A stretch of DNA of 64,000 bases from Alphaproteobacteria bacterium (GCA_964291415.2 OZ219918.1:384001-448000), one strand, 5' to 3'. Shown: positions 1-10,507, counted from the stretch's first letter. Made by a program: numbers and translations. Notes: a model not told the origin generated them from the sequence alone.

Positions 1-125
1 CTGCTGCCGTCGATGGAGCGGCCTGGTGACACCGCCTCGGGCAATCGGATAGTGTCCGTTGTCCTGCACGCCCTGCGACATCGGCATCCAGCACACCGCA
101 CTCGGCAGGGCGTCAGGAGCATGCC

Positions 126-845
126 ATGACGGTGTTGAGCAAGGAGAGGCGTGCCCGGGGCGAGGCCTCGCTGCAGATCTACCATGCGCTTCGCAGGGAG
201 ATCCTCAACATGTCGCTCGCGCCGGGAGCGCCTCTCGACGAAAACGGTATTGCGGCCCGCTATGCGGTCTCGCGCTCGCCGGTTCGCGAAGCGATCATTC
301 GCCTGTCTGCCGACGGTCTGGTCCGTACCCTGCCCAACAAGAGCGCCATCGTCTCGCCGCTCAACCTCGAGGAGTTTCCCGCCTACGTCGATGCGCTCGA
401 CCTGATGCAGCGGGTCACCACACGGCTTGCGGCCCTGCACCGCACCGAGGATGACCTGAACAGGATCAAGGAGATGAGCCGCGAATTCGACCGGGTACGG
501 AAAGCGGGCGACGCCCTTGCCATGATCGAGACCAACCGCAATTTCCACAAGGCGATCGCCGAAGCCGGAAAGAACCGTTATTTCACATGGCTATACACGC
601 GTCTGCTGGACGAGGGCCGCCGAACTCTCAGGGTGTACTTCCATTCGCTCAACGATGCCCTGCCGGAAGACATCGCGCAGGAGCATGCGGGTATCGTCGA
701 CGCGATCGAGAGGCGTGATCCGGACCTCGCCGAGACCCTTGCCCACGAGCACACCGAACAGGTGACAAGTCGAATTCTGAGCTACCTTGGAACGCGCTAC
801 ACGGTCGATTTCCCCTTGCGTCGAACGGCCGCGGCCAATCCATGA
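126..845 (+). CDS. GntR-family transcriptional regulator (FCD domain)
   Basis: N-terminal wHTH 'LAPGAPLDENGIAARYAVSRSPVREAI'; FCD motifs 'NRNFHKAIAEAGKN' and 'EHAGIVDAI..RD..A...H'. Confidence 0.93.
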   Translation: MTVLSKERRARGEASLQIYHALRREILNMSLAPGAPLDENGIAARYAVSRSPVREAIIRLSADGLVRTLPNKSAIVSPLNLEEFPAYVDALDLMQRVTTRLAALHRTEDDLNRIKEMSREFDRVRKAGDALAMIETNRNFHKAIAEAGKNRYFTWLYTRLLDEGRRTLRVYFHSLNDALPEDIAQEHAGIVDAIERRDPDLAETLAHEHTEQVTSRILSYLGTRYTVDFPLRRTAAANP

Positions 846-1170
846 TGCCTCTTGAGCAAGGCATCCCCCTCAAGAATGCATGACTGCGCTCGATGTCGAC
901 GGTCACGTACAGCGGGATTCGCGGTGACCATGACAGCGTTGCCGGCGGCCAACAATCTCGCTGCACCTACCGCTTCGCGGATTGGAATGCCGAAGTCGAG
1001 ATGATTTGGCAACTCATCGGCGGCGCGATGCAGTCGGGAAGAGTGCCCACTCCATGGCCTGCCTGCGTCGACAGCTCAAGCGAGTAGCGCATGCATCCTT
1101 GTTCGTGTGCCATCTGGACCTCTCCCTGTCTGATCGAGAAGCAGACCTGCAAGCCCGTTACGGTTGGTGC

Positions 1171-1812
1171 TCAGGAGTCCGCCGCGTCGGTCGCAGCCAT
1201 GCTTGGCCGAACCTGCATGCGCTCCAGCCAGGACTTCAGCCGGGGTTGTTCGTCCAACAGTTGCCGACCCTTGGGCGCCAGTCGAAAGTAGGCGAACATC
1301 GGCGCGGCCAGCAGGTCGGCGAGGCACGGCGTGGAGCCGAAAAGGAATGGTCCGTCGTCCATCAGCCGTTCCAGCGCTTCCAGACAGGTGCGCGAGTGTC
1401 CGATCGCTACTTCGAGCCTGACGGGATTCGTCTCGCGGCCTTCCTGCGGTGCGCCGATCTGTTCGACGTAGACGCCCCAGACCATGCTGGGATAGGCGTA
1501 GCAGTCGAGAATCCGCATCGCCTGTGTCATGCGCGCCCGACTTTTCGATGTGTCCGGGATCAACGACGGGCCATCGAATGTTTCGTCGATGTAGCGGACA
1601 ATCGCATCGGTCTCGTAAAGCTGGAAGCCGTCGTGCTCGAACGCCGGGATGCGCCCGAATGGATGGCGCATGAAGTGTTCCGGCGGCGGTCCCCCTTCGC
1701 CGAACACATCGATTTCCACCAGATGGTAGGGGACACTCTTCTCCACCAGGGCAAGGCGCACCGTTCGGACATAGACGCTGTAGGCGGCACCAAAGACGAT
1801 CGGTTGGCTCAT
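1171..1812 (-). CDS. Glutathione S-transferase family protein
   Basis: 'SVYVRTVRLALVEK', 'HPFGRIPAFEHDGFQLYETDAIVRYID', 'FLFG..PCLADL'; start set at ATG 1812 (MSQPIVFG) after GGAGG. Confidence 0.9.
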   Translation of the reverse strand: MSQPIVFGAAYSVYVRTVRLALVEKSVPYHLVEIDVFGEGGPPPEHFMRHPFGRIPAFEHDGFQLYETDAIVRYIDETFDGPSLIPDTSKSRARMTQAMRILDCYAYPSMVWGVYVEQIGAPQEGRETNPVRLEVAIGHSRTCLEALERLMDDGPFLFGSTPCLADLLAAPMFAYFRLAPKGRQLLDEQPRLKSWLERMQVRPSMAATDAADS

Positions 1813-2014
1813 GTCGGCCCCTCCAGTCGTCGGGCATGGAGGCTTGCCATGGCCACACCGAGGTGAAGGGCGCCGGGAAGACAGAACATGTCTGGCAGCA
1901 GGCAACGGCAGCTCCTTCGGACCACTCGGGAAGCCGGCCCCTCCGGTTCGACGGTGATGGTGGGAGTTGAGCGGCTGGCACCCGGAATCTGTACGATGCC
2001 TTCCACGTTCATGC

Positions 2015-2740
2015 TCAAGACAGTTTCCCTGCCGCGTCGACATAGGCGTCGCCCTGCAACCACGGCACCGTGCCGCTTACGTCCGTTTCGGTCGCGATTG
2101 CCACGTCTCCCGCATACCCCGCTTCAATCAGTTCCCTCCCTGATTGCGACTCTCTGATGACGTCCCCGGTCCGATTCCGGAGAGCGTGCCAGGCAGCTCG
2201 GGCCGCTTCAGCGTCAGGAGAAGGCTGTGCCGACAGGCACTGGATGATCGATCCTGCCCCAAGGAGATCCTCGATCGCGGGGCGCAGGCTGTCGTCGGGC
2301 CAGCGCTCGCCTGCAGCGACGACGCCAATAGTCGATCCAAGCGACGACGCAGCCCGTGCCACGGCGGTCGCGTTGCGCAGGCAGCCAGCCAGTGTTGGCA
2401 CCGCACCCGTTTCCCGAGACAGTCTCGAGCCGTTCGGCGATGGAAGGACAATCCGTGTTCCACTCGTCACGGCCTTCAAAGTCCCGGGAGAAAGGCTCAA
2501 CTGCTCGCCACCGGCCAACCGAGGTTGAGCCAGGACAGCGCCGCGGCTCCTTGCGTAGCCTTCGGCATCCGAATGTCCGTAAGCGAAGGGAAGGATCCGG
2601 GCGCCCCGGGATGTGGCGACATCCACGGCCGTGGAGAACGACAGCACGTCCACGATGACAACCACATCGCTCGTTGGAAGCAGCGACTGGAGACCCCTGA
2701 GTCCCCAGCCGAAATCTACACATGGTTGAAATCGGCGCAT
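2015..2740 (-). CDS. 2-phosphosulfolactate phosphatase (ComB)-like protein
   Basis: 'VVIVDVLSFSTAV', 'LSLSP', 'SPNGS', 'GCLRNATAVA', 'AAGERW..LRPAIEDLLGAG'; start uncertain. Confidence 0.82.
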   Translation of the reverse strand: MRRFQPCVDFGWGLRGLQSLLPTSDVVVIVDVLSFSTAVDVATSRGARILPFAYGHSDAEGYARSRGAVLAQPRLAGGEQLSLSPGTLKAVTSGTRIVLPSPNGSRLSRETGAVPTLAGCLRNATAVARAASSLGSTIGVVAAGERWPDDSLRPAIEDLLGAGSIIQCLSAQPSPDAEAARAAWHALRNRTGDVIRESQSGRELIEAGYAGDVAIATETDVSGTVPWLQGDAYVDAAGKLS

Positions 2741-3347
2741 TCGAGACGTTCCATCCGTCCACGCTACCGCCCGCTGCGCGTTGCGTCGAGAAGGCCTCTC
2801 GGCGTTCCACGTCTCCGGCACGCGCTGGAGGCACGTCACCGCTGGTCAGCGTGAGGCGAGAGATGGGTGTGGCCACGGCCTCGAGCGCCGTGGTCTTCTG
2901 CGCCTCGTTCCAGGACCGGGTCACCGGATCGAGGGGTGATGACAATCAGGAACGTTCCACGTTGCGACGTGTATCCGGAAACCGCCCAGCCTGATGGCAG
3001 AATGGGGCACATGTCCGCTTGAACCAAGTTGGAGTGCGCAATGATGCGACACCTTGCATGCTGCGGGTATGCGGGCGCACTGGTGAAGAGGGGTGACTCT
3101 CCTTCCCATCTGTCTGATAATCGCTCCGGAAAGAGCGTGAACGGCTGTTCTCCTGGCCATTGTCAGCAGCCTTCACGAAGAGCGCTCTCGGTTGCATGAT
3201 GGAGTATGGGGGAACGGCTAGGTTCGGGGCTGCTGACGGTGGAGTAATGCGCAAGGGAAACTCCATGCGAGAATCACACCCGGGTGTGTTTCGCACATCC
3301 GGAATCCCTGACGGGGATGACCTGTCGGCGTGCGTGGAGGAGCAGGA

Positions 3348-4535
3348 TTGACCTCTCTAGAGCCGACAAGGATTCCTGGCGCCTATCGCGATCACTATCC
3401 AAAGGCGCAAGCGGTCGATCCGCAGAGGGCGGCGAACTACCTCGCGCACACCACCATCGGAGACCCGTTGGCCGACGCCATGATCGTCGATCTGGAGGAC
3501 CTCGGCGCCGAAAGGTCCACGAAGCTGATTCAGCAATGCATGGCCGGAAAGGGAGGCGAAGCATTTCGAAGCGCGCCGGCCTCGGTCAGGGAATTCTTCG
3601 AACACTGTGCCGAACCGCCGGCATGGCTCGATCTCTCCGAGTTCCTGCCTGGCTGCCGGATGTTTCACAGGAACGTTCCGCTGGTTCTCGCGGGCATGGT
3701 GGGCGGCGTTCTCGTGGAGGGTTTTTCGACCAACATTGCCAAGTCGTTCTTCATTACCGGCAGACTGCGTGATCAGGGTGTGAGGCGGCTCAAGCAGAAC
3801 AACCGCCATATGCTGGAGATATTCATGCCGGGCGGTATGGATGTGTACAATGACGGGTGGGCACATTCTGTCCGGGTGCGGCTGGTCCACGCGAAGGTCC
3901 GCTATCTGCTGGCCCAGTCCGACGACTGGGACGAGGACGAACTCGGTGCGCCCATCAGCGCGGCCCACGTCGGCTTTGCCATCGTGGCCTTTTCCGCGAG
4001 GTCGCTCGATTATCTCAGGAAGCTCGGGGCTTCCTTCAACAAGGAGGAAAGCAGGAGCTTCATGGCCGTGTGGCGGTACTCCGGCTACCTGATGGGCATT
4101 CCGGAGACCATCCTTTACCACGACGTTGAGGATGCGCTCGAGATCTACAGGATCGGTCGTCTGTGCGAGCCTCCGCCTTCGATGGAGTCGATCGCGCTTG
4201 CCTCGTCTCTCCTGAATTCCGCGCCGTTGGTTGCGGGGGTAACCGAGACGGACAAGCGCCAGATGCTTGCCGGAGACATCGCGCGGGTGTCGCGCGCCCT
4301 TGTCGGCAAGGAACTCGCCGACGAACTCATGATTCCCGAGAGCGCCACATTCGGAATCCTGTGGAAGATACGCATGCTGAGCCGGATGAAGCGGTTGACG
4401 GAGAAGCTGAATCCCCGCCATTCCCGGCCTGTCGAGGACATCACCAGAATTCTTGACATCTCGATGTACGACGAGGAAGGGATCAGCTACAAGTTGCCCG
4501 ACAACCCCTATGCCGAGTTGTCGTCCAAGTGGTAA
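3348..4535 (+). CDS. Oxygenase MpaB/Lcp (DUF2236)-family haem protein
   Basis: 'GDPLAD', 'PPAWLD', 'TGRL', 'VRVRLVHAKVR' (haem His), 'WRYSGYLMGIPE'; TTG start 6 nt after GGAGGA. Confidence 0.85.
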   Translation: MTSLEPTRIPGAYRDHYPKAQAVDPQRAANYLAHTTIGDPLADAMIVDLEDLGAERSTKLIQQCMAGKGGEAFRSAPASVREFFEHCAEPPAWLDLSEFLPGCRMFHRNVPLVLAGMVGGVLVEGFSTNIAKSFFITGRLRDQGVRRLKQNNRHMLEIFMPGGMDVYNDGWAHSVRVRLVHAKVRYLLAQSDDWDEDELGAPISAAHVGFAIVAFSARSLDYLRKLGASFNKEESRSFMAVWRYSGYLMGIPETILYHDVEDALEIYRIGRLCEPPPSMESIALASSLLNSAPLVAGVTETDKRQMLAGDIARVSRALVGKELADELMIPESATFGILWKIRMLSRMKRLTEKLNPRHSRPVEDITRILDISMYDEEGISYKLPDNPYAELSSKW

Positions 4536-4569
4536 CCCCCGTACGGTGCCGACCTCGTCCCGTTCCGTC

Positions 4570-6858
4570 ATGACGGGCGTCCTCGAGTCCTTTATCGAAA
4601 CGGTCCTGCGTCGCCGGTGGCCGGTTCTCGCCCTGATGGTACTGGTCATGGTGGCGCTGACGGCCGGCGTCAGTTTCGTTGGCGTGACCAACGACTACCG
4701 CAGCCTGTTCGACGAAGACAATCCGCAGCTTGAGTCGCTGAATGTTCTCGAAGCCACCTACGGCACGTCCAACAGGGCGTTGATTGCCGTCGCTCCTCAG
4801 AGCGGCTCGGTCTTCAACCGGGCAACACTCGGCGCCATCGAGGACCTCACCGAGGCGGCGTGGCAGACACCCTATTCCACGCGGGTCGACTCGCTTTCCA
4901 ACCATTCCCACAGTTGGGCCGACGGTGACGACCTGACTGTCCAGTCTCTGGTCGATGATGCGGCTGCCTTGACGGACGCGGATCTCGAATGGGTCCGGGA
5001 TGTCGCACTGAACACACCCGAGATCGCCGGGCGTCTGGTTTCGCACGACGCAGCGGTGGCCGGGCTCGTGATCGACTTTGCCCTGCCGGAGAACCCGGAT
5101 GCGGCAGTGTTCGAGATCACCGACCATCTCCATGATCTTCTCGACAGGGCTCGTGCCAGCAATCCGGACATCGCCTACTACCTGACCGGGGATGTGCCGT
5201 TGAACCGTGCCTTCGCCGACGCCACCAAGGATGACATGGAGACCCTGGTCCCGATCGTGTTTGCCATCATCGCAGGTGTGGCGGCCTTCCTCCTGCGATC
5301 CGTCCTGGGGACGGTTGCGATCGTTGTCGTGCTGATGTTCACGGTCAACACGACCGTGGGTTTTGCCGGCTGGCTCGGGATCGTGTTCAACCCCGCGAAC
5401 TCCGGTGTGCCGATCATCGTCATGACGGTGGCGGTGGCCCACTCGGTCCACATCGTCGAGAAGGTGCTGGCGGGTATCGGCCGCGGCCTGGACCGGAATG
5501 CCGCGATCGCCGAATCGATCCGGGTCAACGCATGGCCCGTGTTCCTGACCTCGCTCACGACCGTGATCGGGTTCCTGAGCCTGAATGCGTCCGACTCGCC
5601 GCCGTTCCGCGTGCTTGGAAACCTTGTCGCGTTTGGCGTGTTCTGCGCTTTCGTCTATTCCATGACGGTGCTGCCCGCCGTGCTGTCCGTCCTGCCCATG
5701 AGGCCGCGCCCGGTGCGTGCCCGGATGCCTGATGTCTTTGATCGCCTCGGCGCATTCGTGGTCGCCCGGCGGACGGTGCTGCTGTGGAGTTCCGCAGTCG
5801 TCGCCATCGTGCTGGTCACGGGCGTTCCCAGGCTCGAACTGACCGACAACTGGACCAGTTATCTGAGCGAGCGCTATCAGTTCCGGCAGGATACCGATTT
5901 CGTGATCGACAATCTGACCGGCATCGAATCCCTGGAGTACTCGCTCGAATCGGGTCGCGACGGAGGCATCACCGAGCCCGCCTATCTGAGGAATGTCGAG
6001 GCGTTTGCCGATTGGTTCCGGCAACAGCCCGAAGTTCTGCACGTCGAGGCCTTTCCCGACATCATGAAGCGCCTCAACAAGAACATGCACGGAGACGATC
6101 CGGACTACTACGTCCTGCCGGACGATCCGGAACTGTCAGCGCAGTACCTGTTGCTCTACGAACTCTCCCTTCCCTTCGGAAGGGATCTGAACAACCGGAT
6201 CAATGTTGCCAAGTCGGCCACGCGGATGACGGTTGTCATGCGCAACCTCACATCGAAGGCGCAGCGTGAACTCGATGCGCGCGCCCAGGAATGGATCCGG
6301 GGCAGAGCGCCGGACCTCGCGTCCGAAGCATCGGGGGTCAGTATCATCTTCGCTCACCTGTCGCAGCGGAACATCGTGAGCATGCTGACCGGTACCATCA
6401 TCGCCATGGCTCTCATCTCGCTGATCCTGGTGTTCATATTCCGGAGCCTGCGGGTCGGGCTCGTGAGCGTCGTACCGAACTTCATTCCTGCCGCGATGAG
6501 CCTTGGTCTCTGGGGATACGCGGTCGGCAATGTCGGCCTTGCCGGCTCGGTGATGACCGCGATCGCTTTCGGCATCGTCGTTGACGACACGATCCACTTC
6601 CTGACCAAGTATCACCGGGCTCGTCACGACGGGCTGGACGCCCCGGAGGCGGTGCGCACCGCCTTCCGCACCGTTGGCCATGCGCTGTTGACGACCACCG
6701 TTGTGCTGGTCCTCGGCTTCCTGGTGTTCGCCTCGTCCGGGTTTGAGGTGAGTTGGGCTCTCGGCCTCCTGGTTTCGCTCACGATTTCGTTCGCGCTGCT
6801 GGCCGATTTCCTGTTCCTGCCGCCGCTCCTGATGCTTCTTGACCGAAGGAAATCCTGA
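4570..6858 (+). CDS. MMPL/RND-family lipid transporter
   Basis: Two repeats of TM + periplasmic loop + 5 TM; 'TSLTTVIGFLSL', 'GIVVDDTIHF', 'LLADFLFLPPLL'. Confidence 0.9.
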   Translation: MTGVLESFIETVLRRRWPVLALMVLVMVALTAGVSFVGVTNDYRSLFDEDNPQLESLNVLEATYGTSNRALIAVAPQSGSVFNRATLGAIEDLTEAAWQTPYSTRVDSLSNHSHSWADGDDLTVQSLVDDAAALTDADLEWVRDVALNTPEIAGRLVSHDAAVAGLVIDFALPENPDAAVFEITDHLHDLLDRARASNPDIAYYLTGDVPLNRAFADATKDDMETLVPIVFAIIAGVAAFLLRSVLGTVAIVVVLMFTVNTTVGFAGWLGIVFNPANSGVPIIVMTVAVAHSVHIVEKVLAGIGRGLDRNAAIAESIRVNAWPVFLTSLTTVIGFLSLNASDSPPFRVLGNLVAFGVFCAFVYSMTVLPAVLSVLPMRPRPVRARMPDVFDRLGAFVVARRTVLLWSSAVVAIVLVTGVPRLELTDNWTSYLSERYQFRQDTDFVIDNLTGIESLEYSLESGRDGGITEPAYLRNVEAFADWFRQQPEVLHVEAFPDIMKRLNKNMHGDDPDYYVLPDDPELSAQYLLLYELSLPFGRDLNNRINVAKSATRMTVVMRNLTSKAQRELDARAQEWIRGRAPDLASEASGVSIIFAHLSQRNIVSMLTGTIIAMALISLILVFIFRSLRVGLVSVVPNFIPAAMSLGLWGYAVGNVGLAGSVMTAIAFGIVVDDTIHFLTKYHRARHDGLDAPEAVRTAFRTVGHALLTTTVVLVLGFLVFASSGFEVSWALGLLVSLTISFALLADFLFLPPLLMLLDRRKS

Positions 6859-7177
6859 GCCCGGTCTGGCAAGGCGCCACCAGATAACTCCAAATCGGGC
6901 CTCGGGTTCTTCACACCACGCCGGAAGCCATGCGCAGATTGCGGATGAATCCGGTCACAACCTGGCGAAATCAAGGGATCCCGAACGTCAGGTGGCGGCG
7001 AACAGGTTCGTGGACCCACGCACCCGGATGCACCGGCCTCTCCATGGTGCATGAGCGATGCCGCCGTTGTGCCCGGTGCGAAGGCCCGTCCTCGCAAGCC
7101 GGCGTCACCCGCATCGAAAGCGGCCGGCACCGGTCTCCCGGCCACGATCTTCGCTCTCTCCGGCACCCATGACCGGG

Positions 7178-7208
7178 CGGTGCCGGTGCCTTGAGGGCAC
7201 CGGCACCG
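7178..7208. terminator. 13-bp perfect GC-rich hairpin just downstream of the AGCS symporter stop
   Basis: cggtgccggtgcc-ttgag-ggcaccggcaccg; no U-tract, so terminator role is tentative. Confidence 0.5.
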
Positions 7209-7219
7209 GGTGACAGGTG

Positions 7220-8629
7220 TCAGGACGAAAGATCCTTCGGCGGAATGGGACTGCCCAGAGGCTTGCCTATCTCCTCGAAGTAGTCCCGGGTGACCTTGAA
7301 CACCATCGGCGCAAGCAACAGCAGCCCGATGAGGTTCGGCACCGCCATCAACCCGTTCAAGGTGTCTGACAGGTTCCAGACGAAGTCGACCTTGACGTTG
7401 GCGAACGCCAGGGCCGCCAGCACCCACAGTCCCCGGTAGACGATCAGGCTCTTCTCCTTGAACAGGTACTGCCAGCAGCGCTCGCCGTAGTAGGACCAGC
7501 CGAGAATGGTGGTGAAGGCGAACACCGCGAGGGCAATGGTGACGATGTACTGCCCGCCGGTCAGGGATACCTCGAAACCGGTCGACGTCAGCACGGCGCC
7601 GGTGAGGCCCGCGCCGTCCTCGCCCGTCATCACCCATGCGCCGGAGGTCAGGATCACGAGTGCGGTGACCGTGCACACCACGAGGGTGTCGATGAACGTT
7701 CCGAGCATGGCGATCACGCCCTGGCGAACCGGGCTGTTCGTCTGTGCCGCCGCATGTGCGATGGCGGCAGACCCAAGGCCGGATTCATTGGAGAACACGC
7801 CACGGGCGACACCGAAGCGGATGGCTGCGGCCACCGCGGCTCCGGCAAAGCCGCCTGTCGCCGCGGCAGGCGTGAAGGCGTAGGTGAAGATCATCGCAAT
7901 GGCGTCGGGGATGGCCGTGATGTTGATCGCGAGGATCAACAGCGCAGCACCCATGTAGAGCACGATCATGGCCGGTACCAGCTTGCCGGCAACCTCGCCG
8001 ATCCGCCGGATGCCGCCGATGACGACGACGCCGACAAGCACGGCGACCACGACGCCGGTCACCCATGTCGGCACGCCAAAGCTGTTGATCAGGGCGCTGG
8101 CCATGGAGTTGACCTGTACGGCGTTGCCGATACCGAAGGCAGCCACCGCGCCGAAGATGGCAAAGGCGATGCCGAGCCACTTGCCGAGTTCCGGCGCAAA
8201 CTCACCGACCCCGTTGCGCAGATAGTACATCGGGCCGCCGACGTACTTTCCGTTGGCATCGACCTCCCGATAGGTCACCGCGCAGACGGCCTCGGCATAC
8301 TTTGTCGCCATGCCGAAGAGAGCGATCAGCCACATGTAGAAGATGGCGCCCGGGCCGCCGAGGGCAATGGCGGTGGCGACACCGGCGATGTTTCCGGTTC
8401 CCACGGTTGCCGAGAGCGCCGTCATCAGGGCATTGAAGGGCTTGACTTCGCCCTCGCCGACAGCGCTTCCCTTGTCGAAGAGAAGACGGAATCCGTACCC
8501 CACCTTGCGCCAGGGCATGAACAGCAGGCCCACGGTCAGCAGGACGCCCGTGACCCCCAGCGCGCCCAGCATTGGTGGCCCCCAGGCGAAGGCGTTGATG
8601 GAATTGATGATCGAATTCAGACTGTCCAT
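7220..8629 (-). CDS. Alanine/glycine:cation symporter (AGCS family)
   Basis: 'ATVGTGNIAGVATAIALGGPGAIFYMW', 'GGPMYY', 'RGVFSNESGLGSA', 'AFTTILGWSYYGE'. Confidence 0.96.
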   Translation of the reverse strand: MDSLNSIINSINAFAWGPPMLGALGVTGVLLTVGLLFMPWRKVGYGFRLLFDKGSAVGEGEVKPFNALMTALSATVGTGNIAGVATAIALGGPGAIFYMWLIALFGMATKYAEAVCAVTYREVDANGKYVGGPMYYLRNGVGEFAPELGKWLGIAFAIFGAVAAFGIGNAVQVNSMASALINSFGVPTWVTGVVVAVLVGVVVIGGIRRIGEVAGKLVPAMIVLYMGAALLILAINITAIPDAIAMIFTYAFTPAAATGGFAGAAVAAAIRFGVARGVFSNESGLGSAAIAHAAAQTNSPVRQGVIAMLGTFIDTLVVCTVTALVILTSGAWVMTGEDGAGLTGAVLTSTGFEVSLTGGQYIVTIALAVFAFTTILGWSYYGERCWQYLFKEKSLIVYRGLWVLAALAFANVKVDFVWNLSDTLNGLMAVPNLIGLLLLAPMVFKVTRDYFEEIGKPLGSPIPPKDLSS

Positions 8630-8760
8630 CGTGCTCTCCCGTTCCCCCTCGGATTGGCTAGAGTCCTTGGCCGGACGTTGGGGGGATTGATTTCAGTCAG
8701 CAGGGTACCTGACAGGCAACATCGCCTCCAAGTACTGTCATCTGGGAGGTGTGCGGTGTG

Positions 8761-9105
8761 TCAGCAGGGTGCGGCAAGCGCCGATCGTGTGGCGGTGGTG
8801 AACCCCACAAGCACGCGACTTCCGGAGACGAACAGCGGTCGCTTCATGACCGCGGGCCAGGTCCTGATGAGTGCGGCGGTCCGGTCGTCGTCGAGATCCC
8901 GTTTTTCGTGTTCCGGCAGTTTGCGCCACGTGGTGCCGCGCCGGTTGATCAGCGCCTCATGACCGCATACGGCAATCCATGACTCGACATCGCCGAAGCC
9001 GTCCCTGCGGACGTCGTGGAACCTGTGTGGAATCTCCTGCTCCACAAGCCAGGCAAGCGCCTTCCGGCAGGTATCGCAGTTTTTCAGGCCGTAGACGCTG
9101 ATCAC
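8761..9105 (-). CDS. ArsC/Spx-MgsR family protein (YffB-like)
   Basis: 'VYGLKNCDTCRKALAWL', 'LINRRGTTWRKL', 'PAVMKRPL'; GTG start at 9105 overlaps upstream stop. Confidence 0.9.
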   Translation of the reverse strand: MISVYGLKNCDTCRKALAWLVEQEIPHRFHDVRRDGFGDVESWIAVCGHEALINRRGTTWRKLPEHEKRDLDDDRTAALIRTWPAVMKRPLFVSGSRVLVGFTTATRSALAAPC

Positions 9106-9800
9106 GGATTGACCCCGCCCGGAAACGCCGGATCGGAACCGGGGATGTGCAGGGTCAGGCACGGCAGCCAGCCGGCGGGAACGGCAATGCGATCGTCGTG
9201 TGTTGTGCCGTCGATGAGGCCGGCAAGAAGATGGGTGTGCGGACCCTCGGGAGTCACCGAGGTTGCAATGGGGCTGGTAACAGTGATCTCGGCCAGCCGC
9301 GAACGGAACAGACGGGGCGGACTTGCCTCGACGATCCCTGCCAGCGCCGGATGATGGGTGCCGACGAGCCGTTCGCCCACTGCCTCGATAAGGATGCTGT
9401 GAAGTGACGGGTCGTCCACGATGACGAGCGCATCCACGGTGGCAGCACCGGCACCGATATCGAAGAGCGCGGCGCGATCCCGGGAGCCGGCATGCCGGAG
9501 CACCCTGTGGCACGCCATCCGTGCCGCTGCCTCTTTCAGGCAGAAAAGGAATCCGCGGATCCGGCCGCCGATGTCGTAGGGGACGCAGAGGATACTGTCG
9601 GTCGGCATGATCTCGATACTGCCGCCCGGACATGTGCCGGTCATGATCCCCGCCGTTTCGTGCCAGGCTACAGGTTCATCGCCGGGAGCGTGAAACTCCG
9701 CGATCACGCCGCTCACACCGACGCTGAACGACACGCCGGGTCTCGATCGCCAGAAGCACAGGAGAGAATTGAATTCCGTCCGTTCGAGAAGGGCCGTCAC
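9102..9800 (-). CDS. Conserved hypothetical protein (possibly DUF6925-like)
   Basis: Coupled to neighbours on both sides by 4-nt overlaps; motifs 'SVGVSGVIAEF', 'LFDIGAG', 'TPEGPHTHLL'; family name from memory. Confidence 0.65.
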   Translation of the reverse strand: MTALLERTEFNSLLCFWRSRPGVSFSVGVSGVIAEFHAPGDEPVAWHETAGIMTGTCPGGSIEIMPTDSILCVPYDIGGRIRGFLFCLKEAAARMACHRVLRHAGSRDRAALFDIGAGAATVDALVIVDDPSLHSILIEAVGERLVGTHHPALAGIVEASPPRLFRSRLAEITVTSPIATSVTPEGPHTHLLAGLIDGTTHDDRIAVPAGWLPCLTLHIPGSDPAFPGGVNP

Positions 9801-10507
9801 GAACGCTTCCGGTACTGATCGGCGCCGAAGGAAACCGACCAGCTCTCCGGCGTGAAGCCGGTGACGATGTCTGCCGAAGCCGTGATGTCCCGCTTGACGG
9901 CCGGCCGCTCGCCGATGACGCCATACCAGCGCTTCACGTTGGGAAAGTCGTCGAGATCCTGTTCCTGTCGCTCATGAAGCCGGCACCAGGGAAAGATCGC
10001 CATGTCGGCAATCGAATAGGCGTCGCCGGCGACGTGGTCGTTCTCGCCGAGCTGCCGGTCGAGGACGCCGTAGAGCCGGGAAGCCTCGTTGCGGTAGCGG
10101 TTCTGGGCATAGGGCAGGACCTCGGGACCCGAAGGATTCATCGGGGCGTAAGCAAGAAAATGATGTGCTTGTCCGAGCATCGGCCCGAAGCCCCCCATCT
10201 GCCAGAACAGCCACTGCATCACGTCCCATCGCTGCCGCGGTTCCGCCGGCAGGAACTGACCGGTCTTCTCGGCGAGATAGAGCAGGATCGCTCCCGATTC
10301 GAAGAGGGCGAGGGGCTCGCCACCCGGGCCCTCGTGGTCAACGATGGCCGGGACCTTGTTGTTCGGACTGATCTTCAGGAAGTCCGGGTCGAACTGTTCG
10401 CCCTTGCCGATGTCGATGATGATCAGGTTGTAGGCGAGTCCGCACTCCTCGAGCATGATGTGGACCTTCTGCCCGTTCGGAGTGTGGTCGAAATAGAGAT
10501 CGATCAT
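9797..10507 (-). CDS. Glutathione S-transferase, YfcG/Ure2p-like
   Basis: 'TPNGQKVHIMLEE', 'ISPNNKVPAIVD', 'LFESGAILLYLAEKTG', 'WQMGGFGPMLGQ', 'YSIADMA'. Confidence 0.93.
   Translation of the reverse strand: MIDLYFDHTPNGQKVHIMLEECGLAYNLIIIDIGKGEQFDPDFLKISPNNKVPAIVDHEGPGGEPLALFESGAILLYLAEKTGQFLPAEPRQRWDVMQWLFWQMGGFGPMLGQAHHFLAYAPMNPSGPEVLPYAQNRYRNEASRLYGVLDRQLGENDHVAGDAYSIADMAIFPWCRLHERQEQDLDDFPNVKRWYGVIGERPAVKRDITASADIVTGFTPESWSVSFGADQYRKRS

Noticed and set aside
846-1165. Possible degraded gene fragments on the minus strand (e.g. 'PLYVTVDIERSHAFLR', glyoxalase-like)
   Set aside because: Too short and spread over several frames to support a call
2741-3340. 600-bp intergenic region checked for riboswitch, sRNA or small ORF
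   Set aside because: No recognisable motif, convincing structure or credible ORF
8630-8760. Glycine riboswitch expected upstream of an AGCS symporter
   Set aside because: GGAGA/CCGAAG/CTCTCAGG aptamer elements are absent
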